Positions 12,781 through 25,478 of a stretch of DNA of 64,000 bases are shown here, one piece after another. Source of the stretch: Octopus sinensis (taxonomy: Eukaryota); assembly GCF_006345805.1 (NCBI RefSeq), contig NC_043025.1:1674001-1738000 (forward strand), written 5' to 3'. The notes beneath the pieces are model-generated. The model was not told where the DNA came from. It did not search any database and worked only from the letters and a program-made list of their open reading frames with translations. The first letter of the stretch is position 1; each line of letters opens with the position of its first letter. Made by a program: the position numbers and the translations under genes.

Positions 12781-14080
12781 ACGTGACAAAGATTCACAGC
12801 AATTGTGGGAGAAGTCATCTAACACAAGTGTGGAGGAATGGACTTAAGATGATGATAATGAATATTATTAGGGTGTTTATTTTACCCCAGTATATGGCCG
12901 GTACATTTTGTATGACTCCCAGGGATATAAGAAATCGACATTGTCATAGATGATGTCTTCTCTAAATTCAGTCAGCTGACTGAGAGGATATTATGTTGAC
13001 ATCCTATGTCAGGGGTCAACTGCTCAATACCCCAGGTAAATACATCTCACTATAGGACAGTCTACTTAGATGTACACAGGTGCCATGGGCAGGTACAAGA
13101 CATTGCTATAAATAATGGGAAGTTTGTATAAATCATACTTTCTGTTCTTACCCATTCACACAAAGAGAAATGGAATATTGTGATGTTCATGATTTCTAAA
13201 TGATATTTGTATTGTAAAGGGTGAGGAAAAAATTTCAAATAAGAAATGAAATCAAGTTAAGTTTACAATATTTTAACATGTACAAGGAACCAATTTTTGT
13301 TAAAAATTAGGTTAAAAAAGTATGGGAGTTTCTTATACATGGATAGCATTATAATCCCTTACAAAACCTTTATGCCAAATTTTAAGCCCCAAAATTTAAA
13401 ACAAGGTAATAGTTTTATAATTTGTGTTTTGTTTCATAATTTGTGTTTTGTTTCATAATTTGTGTTTTGTTTCATTAACTTACCTCGCGGAGTTCAACCC
13501 ACACGCAAAAACATTCAAAGATGGGGCCTGTCAATTTAGAGACAAGGCAATAGGCTGACCTGGGGCTATAACAAAAGTAAAAAAAAACTGGTCAGGAGAG
13601 GGGCTACAACATGTCGCGCAAAAGGCACACTCTTGGGTTAACGACGTTGCATTTGATAATGAGATCCTCTTCTCCTAAGAGAAAGAATGATGCCACACCC
13701 GGAACACTTTTCTTTTGAAGACGTCTGCCAGATTAAAGCAGATATCTGCCACAACCATGACAAAAACAACCTACCAGTGAACATAGTAAAAATCTAAAAA
13801 AACGAAACCATTGACATTAACTCACCTGTTTGTATATAAACAACAACATATTTTAGATCCCTATTTTAAAAGAGAATATTAAATCTTTTGTGTCTTCAAA
13901 TTAATCCATTTTACCAACCATGCAAACCTCGATTTTATGAAGTTTCTTCAATAGAATTACTTTGCAGTTAAACTTTCAATTGGAAATTAAAAGAATGGAA
14001 ACTGTTCTCAATCATTCTAACAAACAGAAGCTCAAGTGAAGGCAAATTTTGTAAAAATCAATTAGGTATTAAATGCTCAC

Positions 14081-14152
14081 CAACAAATTCCCAGTCCCTC
14101 CCTAACTTCGTTGCCACCTTATTGAGATGCATCACCTCCAGTTTTACAGACT
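14081..14152 (-). CDS. Module A 72-nt exon: death domain N-terminal helices
   Basis: attttcag|..|gtgagc, phase 1/1. Encodes (E)SVKLEVMHLNKVATKLGRDWEFV(G), which joins in frame to RELGVP. It is not in the ORF track because it is too short. Confidence 0.82.
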
Positions 14153-17138
14153 CTGAAAATAAGATATTTCCAAATTTTACTCATCATACTTTAATTTCTC
14201 TTTCTCTATCAATGGTCGATATTTTGTCATTATTATTCACATCATCAACAGTCAACTGGTGGTCACTATGGTGTTCAACAGCATTTTTATAATTTCCATA
14301 GTGACCCCATCTAATGACACAATGTTAAGGTCCACACCAGAATGGACTAAACTTCATTTCCCTATTAAGATATCCTCCGTAATCAAATAATCTAGTAATT
14401 ATCACTTCATGCCACTGTTCTCTTCTTCGTTTTGTCTTTCTTCTCTTATATCTGTGCCGAATCAATGGCCTTGTTCTCACGTCTCTTGACTTCACTAACC
14501 AGCATTCTTCTTGCTGCTTAATTCCAATGTCAACCAAATTAGTTCTTCAAAGACCTTACCACACACACATGACACACTACTTCAAGTAGGATAAACACAG
14601 ACCTGATCTCTTTGTTGAAGGTTGTTGGTTGTAATCTTTTATGACCACATCACACTTCACCAGAATGTTCTCTGACTCTAGAAATATCTGAAGACATTAC
14701 AATTCTAGTCAGCTTCTCTGATAATTCTACCTAGGTAGAGCAGAAGACGATGACAGGTGTCTTAAAACCCCCAGTACACATGCACAAAACCTCATCAACT
14801 ACTTATATCAGTTGATCCTCGAGTTATTGCACTGAAAGTACTAGAAATGGTTCAGGAGAAATGAGACTCAAAACATTATAAGCAAGATGAGGATATATAC
14901 CAAGCTGCAAGCACCAGATCTTGTATTTGTCCAGTGCTTTTGACTTAACTATTGCTTTTAACCCATTCTCAGTTCGTGCCATGGTCCATAGCATATTCCT
15001 AAACTTCTTATAGGTTTGTCTTTAACTTTTGGAATCGTTTCTACTACTACTTTGAACTTCACTTGCTTCTCATGTCCTTTGACAAATGAATGCATTAATT
15101 AATTGCCTTAAACCTCCTCCTTGAGCAAGTGATTCGTCCATACAGTCTACCCACAACTATTTGCATATCCTCTTCGTCTCATGTTAGAATTCTAATACCA
15201 TCCACCATTGCCATCTTAGGTGATTCCATTTGAGACATTTCTTCTGGGAAATCTGCTAATCTAAGTAACATCTCCGTAACAGACCCAAGCCAGATGACTG
15301 ATATTTGGCAAGCAACAGCAATTCCAACTTCAAGATGATGCCAGTCTGTTGTGAAACATTCTGATGTCTGCCACATCTTGAAATTGTTACAAAAGCCCCT
15401 CATTAGATCGTCAACCTTCTCCAGTGTATAAAAGAAGTCCACTGCTTCCATCAACAATTTCTTTGGTAGAGACCCATGAGTGCTTGCCAGATCAATTTAT
15501 ACAACATTGAAATTTTCTTGACGATATGACAAAGGTTTTACTGCTTGGGCCACAGTAAAATGCTCCCAAGGCCTTTCAAAAATGTGGTTGGTGTTAGGAA
15601 GGGCATGCCACCAGTGAAAAGCTGGACTGTTTTAAGTGAGAGATATTCTTCAGCCAACGAATAAGAGCTGACCAGGACAGTGACCACCCATCTAAAACAT
15701 GAGAGTATGGAAAACATGATTAATAATGAGTACAATATCATTGATTGTATTGAATCTTGTAGCCAAAATCTGTCTTGAAGAAAGCGAGAGAGAGAGAGAG
15801 AGAGAGAGAGACTTTGATTATCTCAGTAGCAAACCAAACTCTTGTACTTGGATAAGAACAATGGATGTATTAAAAGATTTAGTATCGAAAGAAAGAAAGA
15901 CATGGAAATTGCTTTTGGAACACTTTTCATCTTAAGTCTGTGAGAATATGACATCTGGCTGAACAACAACAAAAGTAAACTCTTAGAAAATTTAAAACAA
16001 ACAAAAACCTTGTCAGTACTCGTTCGTTTACCCTTAAACAGCAACATATTTTATTTCCCTATTCCAAAAGACAATATTAACTCTATTTTGTCTAAACTCA
16101 TTTCTCCATATTACCAAACTCAGAAGATATGTGATGAGATTTCAGTAATATTTTTAAGATTATTAATTTACATAAGAATGATCATAAATATGGAATGCAA
16201 ATGTTATTCAAGCCATGTAGCAAGTGTTGATTACATGTGGTTACAAACAAGGAGTTGTGTGTTCAAATCACATTAGGAATTCCTATTTTATTCCTCTTTG
16301 TATATTTTATACGTGAACATAAATACTTTGTTTATATGTAAACATATGTTCACAGTTCAATAAAATTAATTTAACGATCAATATATTAAATTTTTTTAGT
16401 TATCACAACAATATATGTCCTAACCTGAGACATTCCGGGTACGTACCCTAACAAGAGATGACATCTCTGATCAAACAATGGACTAATATTATTGTTTAGC
16501 ATTTTCATAACATGAAAAATCATGAAGAATTCCTGGAGGATAACTTTGCAAAATATGTTGAAACTATCGATGCCATCTTTCACCAAATAAACATTCACAG
16601 CAACACAAAACAATTCATTAAGCAAAACAATTCATTAAGCAAAACAATTAATTAAGCAATCAAAGCCTCTAATGTTGTTCTTTAATCGCTCAGTTGAGAT
16701 TTTCTCATTGAATCTCCTATTTTACAAAAATCATTCTGATGTTCTTGTTAGTAACACTGTCTTTATCAGATACTGATAAATACTGATAAATCATTAATCC
16801 CCTCTAATCACTCGCAATTGACTGTAAAAACATGATATTTACTGAGGGAATCTGGCAGCATCATTAATATTTCTGTTAATCGCCGTTTAACTTGCTGTAT
16901 CACTCATTAGTCTTATCTTGCAAACAGTATCATCTTGAAGTGCAGCAAGCCTTGTATTTGGACGAAGACAAAGTTTGGTGGATGTGGTGCTTGATAAAGT
17001 ATCACAAAGAAAAGACACTTTTATTATAAATCTGCTACATTTATGACAGGTGTGACTCTACATAGTAACATGAAGTATATTATTCAACAGCATAAAGTCA
17101 ATGAGACAAACAGACAGATCATCAAATAGTATTCTTAC

Positions 17139-17281
17139 CGAATCCACGTTTGTCAACTATAACTTGTTGACACTTGGGACAATTTTTAGGCTCATTTTCT
17201 GAACAGCAATCTTTGCATGTAACAGTGTGCTCACATGGTTGAAACGTCACTGTAGCTTCACTAGATTTACACAACAGACAT
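17139..17281 (-). CDS. Module A RING finger exon (C3HC4, MIB/IAP-like)
   Basis: caacag|a..g|gtaaga, phase 2/1. Encodes CLLC..QPCEHTVTCKDCC..NCPKCQQVIVDKRGF. Confidence 0.88.
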
Positions 17282-18623
17282 CTGTTGAACAAAACATAGA
17301 GGCATATCACTGATGATATTCATTTATAACGAATATTGCATTGAGTACATGTTTAGTGTACAGAATATTATGAGACACAGTAAAAGTACATAAAAATATC
17401 TTCGTTAAACAATTACGTAAATGCAAATGTCTGTGTATATGAACTCTATGCTCACACGTGTCTGTGTGTGTGTGTGTGTGGCATTAACATACATATTGTT
17501 AAATATATGTCTTGACTCTGGTACATCACAAAAAATTGCTTTACACACAACGAGCTACATATATTCCAGAAACATACTCCAATTCTTGTAGAGGGACAAT
17601 TTCTTCTGAACAAAACCTAATCTGTTTAACAAGTTCTCTAAACGTAGACAATTCCTTTTGAATTGTATGGATGGACAGATAGGATACAATTGCCCTAGCT
17701 TCTTGTATTTGTGAACAATTTGTTACAAACCAGTCCACAGTTCTATAATAAAACAATACCCCAAGCAACATGCCTGATATGCACATACCAGACCTGAGGA
17801 TAGTTTTGAAGACTGATGAGTTGAATGCAATAAATGTCAGCTAATCCCTTGATGATCCCAGTCTAAGAAAAAGGTAAAAAATTGTTCTATGATGGATGGG
17901 ATATAGAAAACAGCCCAACTACCAAACTGGTCCTTTCAGTGCCTGACCTGTGTGTCTTTTCCAACCATGGCTGTCAAACAAAAACAACCCATTCACAGGG
18001 AAATTGCGGATATCTGACGTAACATATATACAAACAAAAACACCTTACAGAATTGCACAAATGCTCTGCATCCAAACCCGCCCCTAGTTAAAGCTGAATC
18101 CAGGTTTATAGAGAAGGCCATGTTATCTGCCATACATGATGTAATAATGTTTTTGGTGCATCTCAAGAAATCATTGATTTACAAACATTTTCTCTACAAC
18201 TTGTCCACATCAAATGTGTTCCTCCAAAAACATGTTCTCTGCTTCATTAGATTGGATCAAAACCAAAATTAGTTAGATTAACCTTTTACTGAGGCATGTG
18301 CATACTGTCTAGCTTCTAATGAGGCAGAGTGTGACGAATATTTTGTTGAATCTATTTGTACGGGGGAAGTGCTTATTTACTAAGCTAAGAAACATCTTAC
18401 TCGGGTTTTAACACTTAAAGAGAAATTGCAGAGTGTGGTATAACAATCAACACAACCAATCATGTGAATTTAATCAAAATAGAGTTCTTTGATTGTATTT
18501 TCTATTTCTTGTTCTTCTTACAGTTGTTGTGTGATCTTTGGTCAAAACACAGAATAACGTATTGGGAAAATTAAAACCAAGCAAAATATATGAACATGAT
18601 TATGTACAGAAGGGAAAACTCAC

Positions 18624-18835
18624 TGGTCAATCGTGACATTTTCAGTAAATACTTTCACCGGAGGTGGGAAAAGTCTTTTAATTTTTTCCTTTAAATTTGT
18701 ATCCTTGATAAGATCCAGCGGCATCACATTCTGTTCGTTTCTGTGGTAAAAATTGCTTCCATTGTCGGCCAGATAACAAGCCACTGCTAGACCTGAAGGC
18801 TTGCCTCCTTTGCTAAGCTGGAGCTTCTTGTAGTA
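18624..18835 (-). CDS. Module A 212-nt exon (last ankyrin-like repeat and linker)
   Basis: tttgtag|..ca|gtgagt, phase 0/2. Encodes YYKKLQLSKGGKPSGLAVACYLADNGSNFYHRNEQNVMPLDLIKDTNLKEKIKRLFPPPVKVFTENVTID(Q). Confidence 0.85.
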
Positions 18836-19344
18836 CTACAAATGGTGAAATATATGAAGGACAAGTGCATTATTACACAAATATAAACGAAATCATAGCA
18901 TCAAGTCAAATACAAGAAATATAATGGAAACTATGAATGTTAAAAATAACAGAGAACACACAGACTTATCCAAATATACCAACAATGTTTCCATAATTAA
19001 TAAAGAAACATCTTTGGATGATGAAGGTGAAGTAAAAAAGTAAGAATTGGTGTCACGGTTGAGGAAACACACCAACACATTCTATTTGATAAACTGTTGA
19101 AACTGTTAGTCTGACAGTCAATTCCAGTAATGGAGAGAGAAGGGCATTTGACTGCCAGAATAGCTTCTTCGTATCAAAGTGGACATTTCCACAACACAAA
19201 GATGACCATCAACTGTCTGAAATACAGTCACAAATCTGTAGAGACCGTTACCCATGTGGGAATCAGTGAGTTGCTATAAGTGCGCAAAATTTTACAGTAA
19301 ATACTGTTAGATCTACTGATGGTTAGATGTTGATGTATCTGTAT

Positions 19345-19399
<55 letters not shown>

Positions 19400-19504
19400 T
19401 GTGAATGAAAGTAAGTGAACAAATGACAGAGGGGCACTCAAACAATTCATTGGAAGTTACATGTGTGGATCAAAACAGTTTGGATCATTAAACTATTTTG
19501 ATCC

Positions 19505-19534
<30 letters not shown>

Positions 19535-19536
<2 letters not shown>

Positions 19537-19665
19537 TTATTATATAGAAGGAGCTTCTACAGGACTAGAACTGTTTCATTCAAGAGAAATCTTCAGGAAG
19601 CTCCTGAAGATTTCTCTTGAATGAAACAGTTCTAGTCCTGTAGAAGCTCCTTCTATATAATAAAT
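19535..19665. repeat. Perfect palindrome (64-bp arms, 3-nt spacer) containing a CUGAAGA..GAAAC..GUC hammerhead-like core, flanked by (TA)n
   Basis: atttattatatagaaggagcttctacagg..cttcagga-agc-tcctgaag..cctgtagaagctccttctatataataaat. Likely a PLE pLTR remnant with a 5' inversion. Confidence 0.85.
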
Positions 19666-19756
19666 TAATTTTACTCTACTATGTATTGAGTACCTTATTT
19701 ACTGTGGTTAACCCCGAATCAACCCGGGACCTACATATATATATATATATATATAT

Positions 19757-20068
19757 ATTCAAACATATAAGGGATGGCCATAATAGGACATCCGACTCAC
19801 TAGAAAGAGGAGTTAAACTCCAAACCACTAATATCGGGTAAACGTTTTTATTTCTCTTTCCATTTCAGAATTACAACTGTTAGTGTCTTGGAGTTTAACT
19901 GCTCTTTCTAGTGAGTCGGATGTCCTATTATGGCCATCCCTTATATGTTTGAATGTACATTATATAGTCTATTGACTATTTTTTCTTTCTCACTTGACCG
20001 CAGGTAGCGGATAATTTTTCTAGAATTTTTTGCTACCCTAAAATTTATTAATTAATAAAAATAAATGA

Positions 20069-20070
<2 letters not shown>
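19757..20070 (+). mobile_element. Diverged relative of the 492-bp ribozyme repeat, truncated, with a 5' inverted segment
   Basis: Arms 19757-19823 / 19888-19954. ttctagtgagtcggatgtcctattatggcc..gtctattgactatt..ttttgctaccct aligns with ttctagtgggtgaatggcctattatggcc..gtctatgactatt..ttttggcaccct in the 41-43 kb array. Confidence 0.7.
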
Positions 20071-20118
<48 letters not shown>

Positions 20119-20159
20119 ACATATATACTTATATATGTATATATATTATATACTCCATT

Positions 20160-20407
20160 ACTCTTTTACTCTTTTTACTCTTTTACTTGTTTCAGTCATT
20201 TGACTGCGGCCATGTTGGAGCACCGCCTTTAGTCGAGCAAATCGACACCTGGACTTTTTCTTTGTAAGCCCAGTACTTATTCTATCCGTCCCTTTTGCCG
20301 AACCGCTAAGTGACGGGGACGTAAACATACGAGCATCGGTTGTCAATCAATGCTAGGGGGACAAACACCGACAGACAAATCACACACACACACACACACA
20401 CACACAC

Positions 20408-20438
<31 letters not shown>

Positions 20439-20615
20439 TATATATATATATACATATATACGACAGGCTTCTTTCAGTTTCCGTCTACCAAATTCACTCA
20501 CAAGGCATTGGTCGGCCCTGGGCTATAGCAGAAGACACTTGCCCAAGATGTCAGGCAGTGGGACTGGACCCGGAACCATGTGGTTGGTTAGCAAGCTACT
20601 TACCACACAGCCACT
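20160..20615 (-). mobile_element. Two SINE copies separated by CA/TA microsatellite
   Basis: ttttactcttttacttgtttcagtcatttgactgcggcc.. and gacaggcttctttcagtttccgtctacc..ttaccacacagccact resemble abundant octopus SINEs. The second has a tRNA-like end on the minus strand. Family assignment is from recall. Confidence 0.6.
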
Positions 20616-20934
20616 ATGTATATATATATATGTATGTATGTATGTATGTATATATGTACGTACGTATGTATGTATATTGCTTTATTGTATCCATTCTCTA
20701 GTGTTCTAACATTCAATATTGTTATGACATGTCCACAAGAAGCCAGAGGATAAATGTTGTGTACAAGAAGTAAGACAGGGAGCTGTTTTTTCAGAATCCC
20801 TCATAGAATGAAATGAATGTATTTATCATGGCACTTGCATTCTAAAGGTTGTCATCATGTCTCTCTGTTTCTTTTTCTATCTCTTATAAATAAATCCACA
20901 CGTATATATATTTACAAATAATTCTAAAACTTAC

Positions 20935-21144
20935 CTTATCGAAGACAGTTAAGGATTCATCCTCAGAATGGAACTCCTCTTTCCTCACCGCAAGGTGAAG
21001 ACAATTGTTTCCGATATCATCGACCACATTTACGTCTGCTCCTTTAGAAATGAATTCCTGCATTATTCTGAAGTTGCCGCTAGAGACAGCTTGAAGAAAT
21101 GGTGTCATATTATCACAGTTTGTTATGTTCAATTTCACCGAATC
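20935..21144 (-). CDS. Module A first exon: two ankyrin repeats (210 nt)
   Basis: cacaaag|gat..aag|gtaagt, phase 0/0. Encodes DSVKLNITNCDNMTPFLQAVSSGNFRIMQEFISKGADVNVVDDIGNNCLHLAVRKEEFHSEDESLTVFDK. Confidence 0.88.
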
Positions 21145-22299
21145 CTTTGTGGAAGTAAAAATAGAGAATGAAAATTTACATGAAAACCAGGGTGGCTATC
21201 AATGTGTCATTACTGCCTTCTACTGGGTACTTGATCAAACCGATCACGTACATTTCATGTTTGTTAGTTAAGTTAGCCTTGCATAAGGTCCCTATATAAC
21301 TTGCTATGAGTGTGTTTAAGAGACATGATAAATCTATTTAGATGTCATAAACAGATTGGTTCAGCCTAATCTATGTTTGTCCCTCGCTATAGTAAGTTTT
21401 AAGGGAGTTAAACTGCACTGAGCACAAGATTAATGGATTAAGCTTGGGAAAGAACTATACGACTTTTTCTATACATTTGATGTTAATATATTAATAAGGG
21501 GCTCAGAATAGTTATATGTATATATATAGTTATATATATATATATACATATATGTCAAGAAAATCGCACAGATATACACATGGTGTGTGTGTCTTGTTAG
21601 TTCATGGGCTGGTTGCATTTTAGGTGTAAGAGAATATATTCTCAATGCGTCTGGCATTTGAAACACCTGAACGTAAGTCATAAGCAATCAAGGCAACTCA
21701 CACCATATGTATGTATGTATCTGTGGTATAGCTTTAAAGAGATTTGTTATGCCATGGTGGAATAATGTGAGAAGGTACAAAGTAAACTACAAAAGGAAAA
21801 GAGTGGACTGGGTGCCCCAGCACGAGTGCTTTTTCGTGGCACCAGCACCAGCAGGGTGACCAAATAACTTGTAAGACAAAGACTACTCAGCTGAAGGAAG
21901 GAATGAAACTGTGTACCAGGCAGGAGGTTTGACCATGATAGGTGGGAGTAGAGATAGTTCTCTTATTATAGAGGAAATACTTGGCTGCCCCAGTAGGACA
22001 AGGAAGGAAAAGGGAAGATGGGAGTTATGGAGAAAATAGAGAGACAGAATGAAAGAGGAAGAGAAATAGATGGTGGTGCAGATGCATTGGGGCCTACACT
22101 AGGTGAATGGTGGGAAAGTGGAGTATAAGTATTACAAATGAGATAGAGGTTGATGTAGCATAAGAGTGTGAGGGAAGATGATTAGAGATGGGGAGGAGGG
22201 GACTGTAGCAAATGATGGAGGGAGAAACTGGAGTGGCTGGGGAGGTGGGGGTATTGGTAGATAATGTGGGAGTATTGAGTGCAGATAGGCATGTGAGGT

Positions 22300-22780
22300 A
22301 GAGTGGAGGGGCCTGCAGCAGGTGATGCTCACGGGTGGTGGGATGGGAAGTTGTTGGGAGGATGGGTCGTGAAGGTGTTTGGAGATTGTATGTAAGATAA
22401 TTTCTCGTAACTTTGTTCCACATCTTCCTGGATCAACCTCGCCCACAGTTTCGCTCCACAATAAGAGATCAGCGATTTTTATGCAACCGTCCTCATTCAT
22501 ACACATCACATGACCGTACCAACGCAGTCTTCTCTCTTGCACACAACGTCTGAGACCTCTTATACCCAAGTTTTCTCTTAAATCTTTTACACTTTGTAGT
22601 ATACATGCACATACATACATGCATGCATACATACATACATACATACATATATACATACATACATACATACATGCATGCATGCATACATGCATGCATGCAT
22701 AGATACATACATACATACATACATACATACATACATACATACATACATACATGTATATACATTTATATACACAAACACAC
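22300..22780 (-). mobile_element. RTE LINE 3' fragment plus (CATA)n microsatellite (duplicated at about 44040-44500)
   Basis: LRENLGIRGLRRCVQERRLRWYGHVMCMNEDGCIK is a typical RTE C-terminal motif. Confidence 0.75.
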
Positions 22781-23349
22781 ATACAAATGATATCTCTTAA
22801 GGTATCGTAGCCAGTTGAAAACAGCGAGAGAAGTTTTAATTACAAGAGAACAAATTAATTCGTTTTAAATATGCAAACAATTCTTCAAATTAGTTTCTGA
22901 CATTAATATATTCCTCACTCATCAAATCTCAACAATTCTTCATTTTATTATATTTTTCATTGATGGAGAAGAACAATTGCTTGTTTGGTTCCTGTTCTTC
23001 AACTGGGTTTGGTACCAGATGGCATTCCATCTCAGCTATAATGAGATGGGATTTTTTTACACACAGGTTGACAATTGCAATATATTTACCTATGCTGGTG
23101 TATTTAATGGGTTTGAGGAGAAATATATTCATGTGAGTGTTTGTGTGTTTATTTGTGTGTGTGTAATATATATATATTACGTCTTCTACCTTTCCAGATG
23201 GTGGATTTTAACCTACTCAACTCTCTGCCCCATCATGTCTTCTATGTCTGTGTCAATTTTCAGCTGGATCTGACCACTGCTCTGGTCGCCAACCTCTGAC
23301 GTAGCAAAATGTGCACACAATTTTGACCCAAAGACTCTTATATATATAT

Positions 23350-23893
23350 AGATAGCAGAGAAACCCGGTCTTGCTTGGAATTAAAATAGTTTATCATTGT
23401 TTTATTTGTTTCGGTATAATAACTCGATTTCATTCGGGTCTACGCGGGCCCCACTTTAAAAGATGAGGAATTTTGCCCTAGAGGCCACACCTTTCAATTG
23501 AGCAAAAGTCAACGTTGCCATGCTAGCTCCCCAGGACTTTTAAGATAGGTGTGCAAATTTGCAGCTCAATCCGACCATATTTAGTAACATTTTTGCCTGT
23601 ATAACTGCTTGTGAGCCAACGGCTGCCCTTTCCACAAATATGTAGTAGACCTACAGAGGTACCCGGCCTTGCTTGGGATTAAAATGGCATAATTTTTCAT
23701 TGTTATACTTGTTTGGTTAATATAAGCCGATTTCATTCGGGTCTAATCGTGCCACATTTTAAAAGATGAGAAATTTTGTCCTAGAGGTCACGCCTTTCAT
23801 TTGAGGGAAACAGTAGTTGCCATGCAAACTCGCCAGCACTTTTAACATAGGTGTGCATATTTTCAGCTCAACTGACCACATAATGCACACATA

Positions 23894-23937
<44 letters not shown>

Positions 23938-24433
23938 ATGCATGCGTGTGTGAGTGTGTGTGTGTGTGTGTTTCTGTGTGTACGCATTACATATACAAAT
24001 GTATACAAATTATATATGTATCTATATATATATATATATCGTTTCAGCTCAGAGCTGCGCCCATATATATATATTTATATATACATACACACATACACAT
24101 ATAAATTAACCCAATAAATATCTGATTCATAATATTCGTTCTCATGATTGAGTGGTGGTTGTGGCGATAATAATTCTCTCTATGAATGCAGACAGAGTAG
24201 AGAGAGGGAGATAGGAGAAAGAGTGACAGAGCTGGTGAAGGTGGCGGGAGAAAGAGAGTGGAGCTGTCAAACTTCTTTATAGAGATAAAGTGGATGTAAG
24301 GGAGGAAAAAGAGAGAGAGGGACGGAGGAAAACAGGCAGATATGAGAAAGAGAGAAACGACAATTCATAATATTTGTTCTCAAGATTGTGTGGTGGTTGT
24401 GGTGATAAAACTTTCTATGAATGCAGACAGACG

Positions 24434-24468
<35 letters not shown>

Positions 24469-24823
24469 GGGTAGGAGAAAGGGTGACAGAGCTGGCGAGT
24501 GTTGGGGGAAAGATAGTGTAAGGTGTCAAACGTCGTTATAGAGAGGAATTGGAGGTAAGGGGGGAAAGAAAGAGAGGCGGAGGAAGAAGGCAAAAATGGA
24601 AAAGAGAGAAACGTCAAAAACTTGTCAAAATGTGGGTGTTTTGCCCTAGTAACCACAGCTTTTGAGATAGGGATTTCTATCCTAGTCCTCTCACATCCTC
24701 GCCTTGTTTTACACGTCCCTGAGGATTTTGGAGTGAATTTGACCGCATGTAGTGCCACTTAACCCGTTCCAAAACCAAAACCAGACAAACAAACTTATCA
24801 CATTTCAGCTTTATAAATAGAGC

Positions 24824-24825
<2 letters not shown>
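23350..24825 (+). mobile_element. Probable non-autonomous Helentron/DINE-1-like element with an internal duplicated 5' block and microsatellites
   Basis: Starts tagcagagaaacccggtcttgcttgg, repeated in diverged form at about 23650. Ends ..cagacaaacaaacttatcacatttcagctttataaatagag next to (TA)n. The classification is inference. Confidence 0.45.
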
Positions 24826-24879
<54 letters not shown>

Positions 24880-25284
24880 GGAGAGAGAGAGAGTGAGAGA
24901 CAGAGAGCAGTCATTCTACTCTAAGCTAGAAATGAAGGGAGATACCTATGAATATACCAAAGTGTATTAAAATTGTCTTAGAAGAGCAGAAGTGTTTAGG
25001 GGGTTATTTAGGCATACAACAACAACAGCAACAACAACAACAAATGAACAGTTCAAAATTTAACTTTATTTCAAAAGTTAATCTCTAACAACAGGGGAGC
25101 CATACCAGTAAAGGGATTTCTTTGTGGTGAATAGATCTACTAGAAGTAGTAGCCAAATCCACTACAATTCACACCTTATCTCCGTTAAGAAGAATACATT
25201 GGACAATGCGTTTCTGAGCTATCCACATTAAAGATAAAGACTGGAAAGCATTTGATCCTAGGTGTCTATTTGGTTGCTCTGAGA

Positions 25285-25478
25285 CTAAGAGCAACATCGA
25301 AGTGCATCGTAACACTCACATTTTGTCAAAGCTTTTCTCAAAATTTCAAGTGTACATTCCTGTGGATCACTACTTATAAACCACTCAAATAGCATCTGGA
25401 GGCCTTGTCTTTCCATACTTTGACTAAAATCATGCTTAATACAATCCAATGTCCACGATGGAATGTTTAATTCTCTTC
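25285..25478 (-). CDS. Module B terminal exon: death domain C-terminal part
   Basis: ttttgcag|, phase 1. Encodes (G)RELNIPSWTLDCIKHDFSQSMERQGLQMLFEWFISSDPQECTLEILRKALTKCECYDALRCCS*. The stop context (tag tct ca) is homologous to module A. Confidence 0.85.

Larger units (their letters stand above)
18001..23170. repeat. Copy A of a recent segmental duplication (paralogous to about 37071-44885)
   Basis: 18001-19395 matches 37071-38480, 20680-21539 matches 39715-40566, and 21524-23170 matches 43251-44885. Only scattered substitutions are visible, and identical spurious ORFs recur (18893/37968, 22094/43835). Confidence 0.93.
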
